The position numbers were made by a program, and so were the translations under genes. The notes under the pieces were generated by a model that ran no database searches, was not told the origin of the DNA, and saw nothing but the letters and a program-made list of their open reading frames with translations. Positions 16,909 to 26,110 of a stretch of DNA of 46,661 nucleotides are shown here, piece by piece (position 1 is the stretch's first letter; the number at the start of each line of letters is the position of its first letter). The stretch lies in contig CAYSDO010000002.1 of NCBI GenBank assembly GCA_964429665.1, forward strand, positions 1 to 46,661. Reading direction: 5' to 3'. The DNA is from an uncultured Bifidobacterium sp. GTDB taxonomy: Bacteria; Verrucomicrobiota; Verrucomicrobiia; Limisphaerales; JADLHS01.

Positions 16909-17381
16909 AACATCAGTTTGCTCCTGATGTTCGATGGCATTCTCCAATGGCGAAGAACATTCGAATAATAACTTGACCGTGAGCATCTCCGCCTTTGAGG
17001 AAATGGGCCCTTCAGGTCTTGGGAACCTTTGTCGCGCGCAGGGCAAAGACCGGCAACAATCCACCATTCAGCACTTACACGGGCTACTTTGCCATCGCTC
17101 AGAAGTCCGGCAAATTGGAACAGTCTCAGGAGATTGATGCCAGCAAGGCAGGCCGGTTTCTGCCGCTACTCGTTGATCCAGTCACCAAACCCCCACTCAC
17201 GTTTGAAAGCCACCAAGTGCACAACATCGAAGGTGATCTCTACGAGTTTACCAAAGGAATCCTCGACCTCTGTCCCAGGCAGGGCCTTTTGCAGCTCGCC
17301 GGGCGACCTTGGGCCAAAAGATGAAATCCATGCTCGGAAACATCATTCCAGACCCTAGGTCACATAAATGAGCAAACCGCA

Positions 17382-18626
17382 ATGGACATTGTTGTTTTAG
17401 CCAACCGATACAAGGTGCATCACTTCCGGAATCTGGAGGAGCGCTTTGCGGGCAGATTTGGCTACGAGGGAAGCTATGACCCTACGGCCATTCGCCGCCA
17501 CAAGCCGGCGCTCGTCGTTTGTTTCGATGAACATTTCTGCGAATTAGGGAATGCAATCGGCCACCTCCAAAGCCAGGGAGTAGCCACGCTTCAGGTGGTG
17601 GACGGCATTCTGGAATGGCGGCGCACCTGGGACTATACACGGGAGGGCCACAGGATTGACGGGGTGGCGAATCCTATCAACCAACCGGCGCTTTCCCACA
17701 AGATCGCATGTCTGGGCCGACGGGATGCGCGCATCATGGAAAGCTGGGGCAATTTTGGAAAATGCGAAATCGTCGGCGCCCCGCGCATGGATCATCTGGT
17801 CAGTAAGCGGCTGGCTGGCACAATCAAACCGGCGCGCCAACCAGGGCGACCGCCCCGCGTCCTCGTGATGACGGCCAAGACGCCGGGCTTCACGGAGCAG
17901 CAAATAGCAACTACCAAAAGATCCCTGGCAGATTTGCGCGATTACTTCCTGTCGCAAAAAGAGGTGGATGTCGTCTGGCGGTTGACCCGGGAGCTGGATG
18001 CAGAACTGGGTATTGAGAACCGGCTCTCCGATCTCACCGGCGGTGAGTTGCACGCAATTCTGGAAGAGGTGGACGCCGTCATCACAACACCGTCAACATC
18101 GCTGCTGGAAGCAATGCTGCTGAACCGGCCCGTGGCCCTTCTCGATTATCACAACTGCCCGCACTATTTCGAGACCGCATGGAGCATTTATTGCCGCGAT
18201 CAAATCGCGCCCGTTATCAGCGAACTGCTCGCCCCGCCGGTGGCCCGGATGGACTATCAGGCATTCCTGCTGGACGAACAACTTGCCTGCAAGTCACCGG
18301 CCAGCGACCGGCTGGCCAGGCTGATCGAAGGAATGCTGGAGGCGCACAAGCAATCCACGGGTCCGAAGATGAACTTCCCGGTGCGCATGTTGGAAGATGC
18401 AGATTTGTTTGTCAGCAGCTCCCTGCCTCTTGGAAAATTCCGTGCGAGGTATCCCGAGTTTCCCGTCCCGGACGACATGCCTATGCGGGAGATGAAGACG
18501 GAATTGTCCGCCGCGCGCGGGACGATCCGCACCCTTTATGAAAAAGTCGAGCTGTTAGAACGCCGGCTATCCGCGATTCCCGGCTACTCGTTCCTCCGCA
18601 AGCTGCGCAAAAAGCTACGCCGCTGA
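17382..18626 (+). CDS. conserved-looking protein of unassigned family; possible GT-B-fold polysaccharide biosynthesis enzyme with C-terminal coiled coil
   Basis: 414-aa ORF in the operon. GELHAILEEVDAVITTPSTSLLEAMLLNRPVALLDY resembles the C-terminal nucleotide-sugar-binding half of GT-B/KpsS/TagF-like enzymes. No family signature recognised with certainty. Confidence 0.6.
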   Translation: MDIVVLANRYKVHHFRNLEERFAGRFGYEGSYDPTAIRRHKPALVVCFDEHFCELGNAIGHLQSQGVATLQVVDGILEWRRTWDYTREGHRIDGVANPINQPALSHKIACLGRRDARIMESWGNFGKCEIVGAPRMDHLVSKRLAGTIKPARQPGRPPRVLVMTAKTPGFTEQQIATTKRSLADLRDYFLSQKEVDVVWRLTRELDAELGIENRLSDLTGGELHAILEEVDAVITTPSTSLLEAMLLNRPVALLDYHNCPHYFETAWSIYCRDQIAPVISELLAPPVARMDYQAFLLDEQLACKSPASDRLARLIEGMLEAHKQSTGPKMNFPVRMLEDADLFVSSSLPLGKFRARYPEFPVPDDMPMREMKTELSAARGTIRTLYEKVELLERRLSAIPGYSFLRKLRKKLRR

Positions 18627-18632
18627 TCCAGG

Positions 18633-19760
18633 TTGAAAATCCTCATCGCACATTGGCGGCCCGACATCGTGAGCGGCGCAGAACTGGCCATCGCGGACAT
18701 GGTGGCCAAGCGCAGCGGCGATTTCGCTTACGTTATGCTGGCGCCTGGCGAGGGAAAGCTGGCGGATTACTATCGCACGCGCGGGTTTCCCGTGTGGGCT
18801 TGCAAGCTGCAAACCCGGCGGCGACTGTTTCCGGGCCTGCACAGCCTGCAGTCGTTCTGGTTTGCGCGGCAGCTCAAGCGTGCAGGTGTGGATGCAGTGC
18901 TCTGCAACACCTTTCCGGCCGCGAGCCGGGTGGGTACCGCCTGCCGCCTCGCCCGCAAACCCCATGCTATCTACGTGCGCGAATACATCCGCAACATCTC
19001 GCTTCACCAGAATGTTCTGGCACAGGCAGACATGGTGGTTGCTGTTTCCTGGGATGTGGCGAATTACCTGAAAGATTTCGTGCCGCCAAAGCAGATAGTG
19101 GTGGCCTACGATCATCTGGACACAACGTCGCTAACAGAGCGTGTTCGCGTTCATCGGGCTAGTGGCAAACGATTCCTGCCTTTCGGATCGGGCCATCCGG
19201 TGGTCGGTTTTATGGGCCGCATCACCGCCTACAAGCAACCAGACCTGTTCCTGCGCGCCATTCCAAAAGTTATTCAAAAACAGCCCAACGCAAGATTCGT
19301 CGTGGTCGGGGCGGCGGTGGAGCGCGGACGCGAATACGAGGCAGGACTGAAACGGCTCGCCAATGATCTGGGTGTTGCGGATTACGTTGCCTTCATGGGA
19401 CACAGATCTGATGCCGTGGAAATCCTGTCCGATTTGGCCGTCCTTTGCTTGACCTCGGACCGCGAACCTTTCCCACGGACGGTCCTGGAAGCACAGGCCA
19501 TCGGCTGCCCGGTCGTCGTGTCGGACACAGGAGGCTGCTTGGAGATGGTAAAGGATGGTGTGACGGGCCTGTTGTTCCAGGTTGCAGCACCAAATGCCGC
19601 AGAGGGCCTGGCTGATCAGGTCATCCGTGTGCTGAGTGATGGGGCTATGTCGAGTGCCCTTGCAAAACAGGCCATGGCAACAGTACATGGATCAGTCGGC
19701 AGCCGCGCTCCGGTCACGTCGCTTGAAGCGCATTTGCGTTCGATTGTAGGACTGAAATAG
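18633..19760 (+). CDS. glycosyltransferase family 4 (GT-B, Glycos_transf_1)
   Basis: TTG start. GFMGRITAYKQPDLFLRAIP...ARFVVVGAA...LCLTSDREPFPRTVLEAQAIGCPVVVSDTGGCLEMVKDGVTGLL (E-x7-E region). Confidence 0.9.
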   Translation: MKILIAHWRPDIVSGAELAIADMVAKRSGDFAYVMLAPGEGKLADYYRTRGFPVWACKLQTRRRLFPGLHSLQSFWFARQLKRAGVDAVLCNTFPAASRVGTACRLARKPHAIYVREYIRNISLHQNVLAQADMVVAVSWDVANYLKDFVPPKQIVVAYDHLDTTSLTERVRVHRASGKRFLPFGSGHPVVGFMGRITAYKQPDLFLRAIPKVIQKQPNARFVVVGAAVERGREYEAGLKRLANDLGVADYVAFMGHRSDAVEILSDLAVLCLTSDREPFPRTVLEAQAIGCPVVVSDTGGCLEMVKDGVTGLLFQVAAPNAAEGLADQVIRVLSDGAMSSALAKQAMATVHGSVGSRAPVTSLEAHLRSIVGLK

Positions 19761-19766
19761 CGGCGC

Positions 19767-20903
19767 ATGGCTTCTTTAGATCCCAGACGTGTCGCAGTCG
19801 TTTACATGCTCACGCATCCAGGCGGGGTGCAGTCTTGCGCGCTTGCCCTGATTCGCGGGCTGAATCGAGAAGGCATTGTGCCGGACGTTCTGTGGGACGA
19901 GCAGCCTTCACGGGAGCTGATGGAGGAAGCTGGAGTCAAAGCTGGTTTTGTCCGACTGCCGTTTAGAATTTCCACGCGACAGATCCACCGCCTGCCGGAA
20001 ACGATGCGATATCTTGCATGGCTGGCCAATGTCATTGACGGCTCGGCGTATCGCGATCAGTACGACTGTATTTTCTCCTTTTACAATGGTTTTTTGGTTC
20101 CCCCCAATGTGCCTCACGCCTATTACCTTTCAGGGCCGCCCCTGCTGCCGCAGTTGGAGACCGCTCCCAAAGGTGTGCGTGGCATGCCGGTTCGCCTATT
20201 CAGAACCCTCTACCGTTCGCTGCTGAGAAAGATCTGGCCCGCCTACGAATACCACCGCGGCTGCAATTACGTGATCAATTCGCAATACACTGCGGGTCTG
20301 TTCCGCGAGGCGCATGACGTGTCCCTGCCCGTGGTTTATCCGGCGATCAACCTCACTAGCCGGCGTTTCGATTCAGAGGACCTATTCTGTCGTGATACGC
20401 TCCTCTTCTTCTCGCGCATCGTTGACAACAAACGCCCTGAGATGGTGCTGGATTTGGCCCGACGGTTTCCAGATTTCCGCTGTGTGATCATGGGTGGTGT
20501 CACACCCAACCAGCAGCGCTATCTTGAGTCCTTGCGCCGCCGGGGAGGGAACGCGTTATTCATCCCGAATCCCTCCGATGCGAAAGTCCGCGAGGAACTG
20601 GCTCGCACACGCTTCTATGTCTTCCCCGCCATCAATGAGCATTTTGGTATGACCACTCCTGAGGCCATTGCTTCCGGCGCCATTCCCTACGTGCATGACT
20701 CGGGTGGGCAGCGCGAGGTCGTGGTGGATGAACGACTGCGTTTCCAGGATTCGAAGTTCTTCCCAAAATTTGACGCCCTCTTCAATATGCCGGCCAGACA
20801 ACTCGGGTCCATCCGACAAAGCCTGCTCGAACATGTACGGAGCTTCTCGGAAGAGATTTTTGTTTCAAAAATGCTCGCGTTCAACCGGGCCAGTATGGAA
20901 TGA
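19767..20903 (+). CDS. glycosyltransferase family 4 (GT-B)
   Basis: LLFFSRIVDNKRPEMVLDLA...FYVFPAINEHFGMTTPEAIASGAIPYVHDSGGQREVV. Stop overlaps the next start (ATGA). Confidence 0.85.
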   Translation: MASLDPRRVAVVYMLTHPGGVQSCALALIRGLNREGIVPDVLWDEQPSRELMEEAGVKAGFVRLPFRISTRQIHRLPETMRYLAWLANVIDGSAYRDQYDCIFSFYNGFLVPPNVPHAYYLSGPPLLPQLETAPKGVRGMPVRLFRTLYRSLLRKIWPAYEYHRGCNYVINSQYTAGLFREAHDVSLPVVYPAINLTSRRFDSEDLFCRDTLLFFSRIVDNKRPEMVLDLARRFPDFRCVIMGGVTPNQQRYLESLRRRGGNALFIPNPSDAKVREELARTRFYVFPAINEHFGMTTPEAIASGAIPYVHDSGGQREVVVDERLRFQDSKFFPKFDALFNMPARQLGSIRQSLLEHVRSFSEEIFVSKMLAFNRASME

Positions 20904-22408
20904 ATGCCTCAAACTACGGGCTTGCAGCCAAGCCGCAATTGCGGCGTGCATCGCCCCAGATTATCAGCCGATCATCGGGATGGGTTCTGGCGCAAAAGTT
21001 GTCCGCCGGGATTTTGTGCCAGATCCTGCTGATAGACTTGGTCAGCGGCGGATTCGTGGCGCTCGGTCGTTTGCAACTGGCCGCGCTTTGCATGTGGGCG
21101 CTGCTCGGGATTGCGCTGTTGCGGCTCATGGTGTTAAACCGCCCGTTGGAAGTCGCTTGTTTGCTGGTTGGCGCCGCCCCGATAATAAATTTACTGCGCG
21201 GCGTGGTTCTGTACAGTGCCGTCCCTCTCGTTTATCTTATGGCTCTAGGCTATGTTGCATGGTGCCAGCCCGCTAGAACCCGACAGCTTTTTGGGAAGCC
21301 GACTTTGCCCGCTGCCCTGTTGGGTTTGTGCGTCCTTTATTATATCCTTACCCTGTTCACCACTTTTGATCTCAGGGAGAATTTCCGCGTGCTGGAGCTT
21401 TCCGGTTCGGCGGTTTTGATCTGCTACCTCACTAGCTGCAAGGAACTGCTCCGATCCGCAATTGCCGGACTTCTGGTTTCAGCCTGGGTCGTAGGAGTCT
21501 CTGCATTCCCTCACCTCGAGACAGAGTCTGCAGGACGTCTGGGCATCATCGCGATCGAGGGTCTCTCCATCGGGAATCCTTTTACGCTTGGGACACCGCT
21601 CGCATTTGGATTGCTTGCGCTCTGCCTCGATCGGGGGCAATGGCTGGGATTGGCCAATCGGCCCAACCTCAGGCTGTTGTTGTTGTTTCCGACAGTTGTG
21701 CTGTTGGCGTTATCTACTTCACGGGCAAGCTGGTTGATTGCCGTCGCAGGTCTGGTCATAGGCGCGATGATCGGCAGAAAACAACGGCTGCCGCTGGTGC
21801 TGGGCATACTAACCATCGCCCTCGTTGGCTACGTTCTGACTACCACACCACTGGCTGAAACCTTCATGAAAGGGTTGAATCGCACTTTCACAAAAGATCG
21901 TGACGCAAGCTCAGGCAGGGCGGATCAGTGGAAGGTTTTTTATTACGCGTTCACGGATTCTCCCAAGGCGTTCCTCATGGGTTACGGGCCAGGTAACGGC
22001 CGAACAGTATTTGCCGAGTATTCTCTATTGACCCCGGGGATTGAGCGGGGAATTGGCGGCCAGTTGCCGTTTCACGGTTTGGTAATGCATATTGGCGCTG
22101 CATTGGGCTTGCTGGGTTTGATCCCCTTGGGCGTATGGCTCATTCTGGCTGCGCAAAAAGCCTTGTCGGGGTTTGTCCGAACCGGCTTGGTCCTGCCTAT
22201 GGTAGGCTTCTTGGGATTCGTTTTGGCCTCGCTCACAGTAACTGGTTTTGATACGGTTTCGGGAACATTTCTGGGCTTCGGATTGATCGCAGTTCGAGCG
22301 GATTGGCAAAACCGCCGGCAGCTTCCTTCCATCGCAAAATCCACAATCTCGAGGACTCAACGAAGTGCGGTCATCCAAAGAAACCGACACCAAACGGCAG
22401 ACGTTTGA
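20900..22408 (+). CDS. O-antigen ligase/Wzy-like polysaccharide polymerase (multi-TM)
   Basis: About 10-12 predicted TM segments. LLALSTSRASWLIAVAGLVIGAMIG sits before a larger loop (KDRDASSGRADQWKVFYYAF), as in the Wzy_C family. Confidence 0.75.
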   Translation: MNASNYGLAAKPQLRRASPQIISRSSGWVLAQKLSAGILCQILLIDLVSGGFVALGRLQLAALCMWALLGIALLRLMVLNRPLEVACLLVGAAPIINLLRGVVLYSAVPLVYLMALGYVAWCQPARTRQLFGKPTLPAALLGLCVLYYILTLFTTFDLRENFRVLELSGSAVLICYLTSCKELLRSAIAGLLVSAWVVGVSAFPHLETESAGRLGIIAIEGLSIGNPFTLGTPLAFGLLALCLDRGQWLGLANRPNLRLLLLFPTVVLLALSTSRASWLIAVAGLVIGAMIGRKQRLPLVLGILTIALVGYVLTTTPLAETFMKGLNRTFTKDRDASSGRADQWKVFYYAFTDSPKAFLMGYGPGNGRTVFAEYSLLTPGIERGIGGQLPFHGLVMHIGAALGLLGLIPLGVWLILAAQKALSGFVRTGLVLPMVGFLGFVLASLTVTGFDTVSGTFLGFGLIAVRADWQNRRQLPSIAKSTISRTQRSAVIQRNRHQTADV

Positions 22409-22514
22409 GATTCAGGCTGTAGGAGCGTAGGGATCAGATGGGGGTGTTGTGCAAAATGTCGCCACACACCATTTGTCGAATCTATCTGTTTTTGGATACT
22501 ATCCGCTCATCATC

Positions 22515-23702
22515 ATGCTTCAGCGATTGTTGATCGTCTCACACGTCGTCCATTATCAGTCCGATGGCTTGCTCTATGCCTACGGACCGTACGCCCGGGA
22601 GATCGAAATGTGGGCCGGCCTTTTTCCAGAAATCGTGATCGCGTCCCCATTGCGGATCCAATCGCCGCCGGGCGATGCACTGCCCTTCAGGGCGGCTAAC
22701 ATTTCCATGGCCCCACAGCTTGAGACTGGCGGCAAGCGTTGGTTTTCCAAAGCCATGCAATTGGTTGCCTTGCCGCTGCACCTTTGGCGATTGGGAGGGG
22801 CGATGCGGAGTGCCGACGCCATCCATGTGCGTTGCCCGGGCAATCTGGGCTTGCTGGGTTGCATCCTCGCACCAGTCTTTCGTAGGCCGCGGGTGGCCAA
22901 GTATGCAGGCCAGTGGAATGAATCTGAAAACGAGCCTCTAAGCTGGCGCTTGCAAAAAATGTTGCTGCGGTCGAAATGGTGGAATGCTCCAGTTCTGGTG
23001 TACGGTAAGTGGCCGGATCAACCGCCTCATGTGGTGTCTTTCTTCACGTCGGTAATGGATGGATCGCAGATGGCCCAGGCGACGGAGGTGGCTCGATATC
23101 GGGTATTAAACTCATTTAAGCGAATACTTTTTGTAGGCAGACTGACCTCCGAGAGAAACGTAGATGTTTTGCTTCGTGCAATTCGCATCTGTCGAGATGA
23201 CGGTGTCAACCTCTCGTGCCGCATCGTCGGAGATGGAGAGATGCGGACTCGGCTTGAACAAGAAACTGCGAGTCTGAATCTGCGAGACGTAGTCTCATTT
23301 GCTGGAGCATTGCCTTTCGGACAGGTGATGGAAGAATACGCCAATGCTGACGTCCTTGTATTGGTTGCCGAATCGGAAGGCTGGGGTAAGGCGATCGTGG
23401 AAGGAATGACCTTTGGGTTGGTATGTATTGGTGCGAATCGCGGACCCGTTCCCTGGATTTTGGCGGAGGGGCGTGGCCGGGTGATTGAGCCGCAGGATGC
23501 GCAGGCGCTGGCTCGCGCCCTAACACAGATTCAGTCAAATCCCGAGATCTCGGCTAAAATGGCTCAGTTAGCATCCTGCTGGGCAAAACGATATTCACTC
23601 GAAGGATTGCAGGATGCCATTCGCTACGTGCTAGAATCCTATTGGAATGTAACTTTGACCCCTCCGGAACTTAAGCTTCAATCCGACCGTTCTGCCTTGT
23701 GA
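22515..23702 (+). CDS. glycosyltransferase family 4 (GT-B)
   Basis: ILFVGRLTSERNVDVLLRAIR...IVGDGEMRTRLE...ADVLVLVAESEGWGKAIVEGMTFGLVCIGANRGPVPWIL. The track ORF begins at GTG 22449; ATG 22515 (MLQRLLIVSHVV) fits a GT4 N-terminus better. Confidence 0.85.
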   Translation: MLQRLLIVSHVVHYQSDGLLYAYGPYAREIEMWAGLFPEIVIASPLRIQSPPGDALPFRAANISMAPQLETGGKRWFSKAMQLVALPLHLWRLGGAMRSADAIHVRCPGNLGLLGCILAPVFRRPRVAKYAGQWNESENEPLSWRLQKMLLRSKWWNAPVLVYGKWPDQPPHVVSFFTSVMDGSQMAQATEVARYRVLNSFKRILFVGRLTSERNVDVLLRAIRICRDDGVNLSCRIVGDGEMRTRLEQETASLNLRDVVSFAGALPFGQVMEEYANADVLVLVAESEGWGKAIVEGMTFGLVCIGANRGPVPWILAEGRGRVIEPQDAQALARALTQIQSNPEISAKMAQLASCWAKRYSLEGLQDAIRYVLESYWNVTLTPPELKLQSDRSAL

Positions 23703-24856
23703 ACAATATCGCAATCATGCAAGTGGTGGATTCCCTCCACCTCGGCGGTATGGAAGCAGTAGCGGTTAATCTAGCAAACTCGCTTTCCCGACGTGGCTTA
23801 AACAGTTATCTGTGCTCAACCCGCGGAACTGGCCCGCTCACAAGTCGGCTGCGCGATGAAGTTAAGGCAGTCCACCTGGAGCGAAAAGGGTTCGTCGGTT
23901 TGGCTGGCCTCAGGAGAATGACTCGGTTCATCAGGAAGCACAGAATTGGTCTTCTTCATGCCCATGGGTCGGCGCTTTTTTTCAGCGTGATAGCTGGATT
24001 CTTCTGCCCCGGGGTTAAGGTTATCTGGCACGCGCACTTTGGCAGGTTCGCCACCGAGGAGCGGGCGTCCTGGTTATACAGGCTGGCGACTCGGCACGTG
24101 GCGGGAGTGATCGCAGTAAACCAGCCGCTGGCTGACTGGGCAAAGTTCAGGTTGCATGTGCCTCCCGGGCGCGTGTGGTATTTGCCAAATTTTGTTCCGG
24201 AGCCATGCGGTGGCGAGCTCTCCAAGGGACTGCCGGGAGTTCCAGGAAAACGGATTGTTTGCGTGGCGAATCTACGCCCTGAGAAAGACCACCTCAATCT
24301 CATCGCTGCGATGGAACAGTTGCGAATGAGTGAACCCGCGGCCACCCTTCTCTTGGTGGGCAGCGAGGCCAATCAGCAGCACGCTTCACGGGTTCGAGCT
24401 GCAATCCAACAACGGGGACTGGATTCACAAGTTTTTCTCCTCGGCAGCCGTAAAGACATTCCATCCATATTATCAGCTTGCGACATTGGGGTGTTATCAT
24501 CCGCCTCCGAAGGAATGCCTCTTGCAATCCTCGAATATGCCATGGCAGGTCTTGCGACCGTGGCGACGCGTGTCGGCCAGATTCCGGAGGTCTTGGACGA
24601 AGGCCGCGCTGGCACGCTCGTTCCACCCGGTCATCCCAAGGAGTTATCCCAAGCGCTTCTTTTGATGCTTCGCTCCGTGGATCTGCGCGCCCGCCTTGGT
24701 GGGGAACTGCATCGATGGGTTCAGAAAAAATACGGCGAAACGGCGCTGATAAACCAACTGGTCAGGATTTATGCGACAATTCTCGGCAACATGAAAGAGA
24801 TCCGGCAGTCCCCTCAACCAGACCAAAACACGACATCTGTTTCAAAGTTGTCCTGA
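23699..24856 (+). CDS. glycosyltransferase family 4 (GT-B)
   Basis: IMQVVDSLHLGGMEAVAVNLANSL...VCVANLRPEKDHLNLI...CDIGVLSSASEGMPLAILEYAMAGLATVATRVGQIPEVL. GTG 23699 overlaps the previous stop; alternative ATG at 23717. Confidence 0.9.
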   Translation: MNNIAIMQVVDSLHLGGMEAVAVNLANSLSRRGLNSYLCSTRGTGPLTSRLRDEVKAVHLERKGFVGLAGLRRMTRFIRKHRIGLLHAHGSALFFSVIAGFFCPGVKVIWHAHFGRFATEERASWLYRLATRHVAGVIAVNQPLADWAKFRLHVPPGRVWYLPNFVPEPCGGELSKGLPGVPGKRIVCVANLRPEKDHLNLIAAMEQLRMSEPAATLLLVGSEANQQHASRVRAAIQQRGLDSQVFLLGSRKDIPSILSACDIGVLSSASEGMPLAILEYAMAGLATVATRVGQIPEVLDEGRAGTLVPPGHPKELSQALLLMLRSVDLRARLGGELHRWVQKKYGETALINQLVRIYATILGNMKEIRQSPQPDQNTTSVSKLS

Positions 24857-24894
24857 GTAATCGTATAATGATCTTTTGAACGATCACCCTGGGT

Positions 24895-25968
24895 TTGCGA
24901 AATTCTGTTCTCATAATCGGTAATTTTCTGTTCGCGGCAGGCGGTTCACGGGGCGTTTGCGAGGACCTTGCGGAGCGCCTCGCGGCAACAGGTTGGCACG
25001 TGATAACCACCTCACACAAGCCAGCTAGGCTGGCGCGTCTTGCTGACATGTTGACGACCGTAGTCCGCCACCGACACGAGTATGCCGTGGTCCAGATGGA
25101 TGTCTTCAGTGGTCCGTCATTTCTTTGGGCCGAGGTCGTTTGTTGGGTTCTGAGGCGAATGAGAAAGCCTTACATCTTGACCCTCCACGGGGGAAACCTT
25201 CCTCAGTTCGCAAAACGCTGGCCAGTTCGGGTAGCCGGGTTGTTACGTTCGGCTGCAATCGTAACGGCACCTTCCGGGTATCTCAAACAAGCAATGCAGC
25301 CCTACCGGTCGGATATACGGCTGCTGCCGAACCCGATCAACGTCAGCGCTTATCACTTCCATCAGAGGCGGGTGGTGCAACCCCAGCTCGTCTGGCTTCG
25401 TGCGTTCCACGATATCTACAATCCGGTCATGGCCGTGAGGGTTCTGTCCGCGCTGTTACCCACCTGCCCGGAAACAACGCTCACCATGGTAGGGCCGGAC
25501 AAGGGTGATGGCAGTCTCCAAAGAACCCTTGCCGCAGTGGCTGCTCTTGGACTGCAGCGTCATGTTACCTTTCTAGGCCAGGTGCCAAAGCAACAGGTGT
25601 CAAAAGCGCTCTCGGTGGCCGATATTTTCCTGAACACAACCAATTTCGACAATACCCCGGTAAGCGTAATCGAGGCAATGGCATGCGGCTTGTGCGTTGT
25701 CAGCACGGATGTGGGTGGGATGCCACATTTGGTGGAGCAGGAGAAGGACGGTTTGCTGGTCTCACAGAACGACACCAGCGCGATGGTGAGCGCGGTGAAG
25801 CGTTTACTGAATGAAAAGGGGTTAACCGAAAGGCTCTCACAAAATGCGCGCGCCAAGGCCGAGGAATTTGATTGGAGCAGGATACTGCCTCAGTGGGAAG
25901 CGTTGTTGTTTGAGTTGACCACAGCGCACGCGGATCATTTGCCGGTAGTGAAAGCTTCATCAACCTGA
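24895..25968 (+). CDS. glycosyltransferase family 4 (GT-B)
   Basis: TTG start. LVWLRAFHDIYNPVMAVRVL...LTMVGPDKGDGS...ADIFLNTTNFDNTPVSVIEAMACGLCVVSTDVGGMPHLVEQEKDGLLV. Confidence 0.85.
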   Translation: MRNSVLIIGNFLFAAGGSRGVCEDLAERLAATGWHVITTSHKPARLARLADMLTTVVRHRHEYAVVQMDVFSGPSFLWAEVVCWVLRRMRKPYILTLHGGNLPQFAKRWPVRVAGLLRSAAIVTAPSGYLKQAMQPYRSDIRLLPNPINVSAYHFHQRRVVQPQLVWLRAFHDIYNPVMAVRVLSALLPTCPETTLTMVGPDKGDGSLQRTLAAVAALGLQRHVTFLGQVPKQQVSKALSVADIFLNTTNFDNTPVSVIEAMACGLCVVSTDVGGMPHLVEQEKDGLLVSQNDTSAMVSAVKRLLNEKGLTERLSQNARAKAEEFDWSRILPQWEALLFELTTAHADHLPVVKASST

Positions 25969-26110
25969 GTTCATTGGCTCACAATCTCAATCGGATTTAT
26001 CCTTGCGCGCTGGCGGGCCCGCATAGCTCGACAATTATTGTTTCTTGGCTTCGAGTAGCCGGATGAAAGGCTTTTGTGCTGCGTGGTCAAATTTTTTCGA
26101 TCGAAAGGGT

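Noticed and set aside
16995-17324. 109-aa ORF whose C-terminus (LPLLVDPVTKPPLTFES..GDLYEFTKGILDLCP) looks like a Cys-less Trm112-type domain; also minus ORF 16765..17067 with a vaguely antitoxin-like segment
   Set aside because: There is no credible start/RBS near the conserved-looking part. The ORFs overlap each other and a region showing decay of a duplicate of the downstream gene. The resemblance is too short to call, so it is mentioned only within the gap finding.
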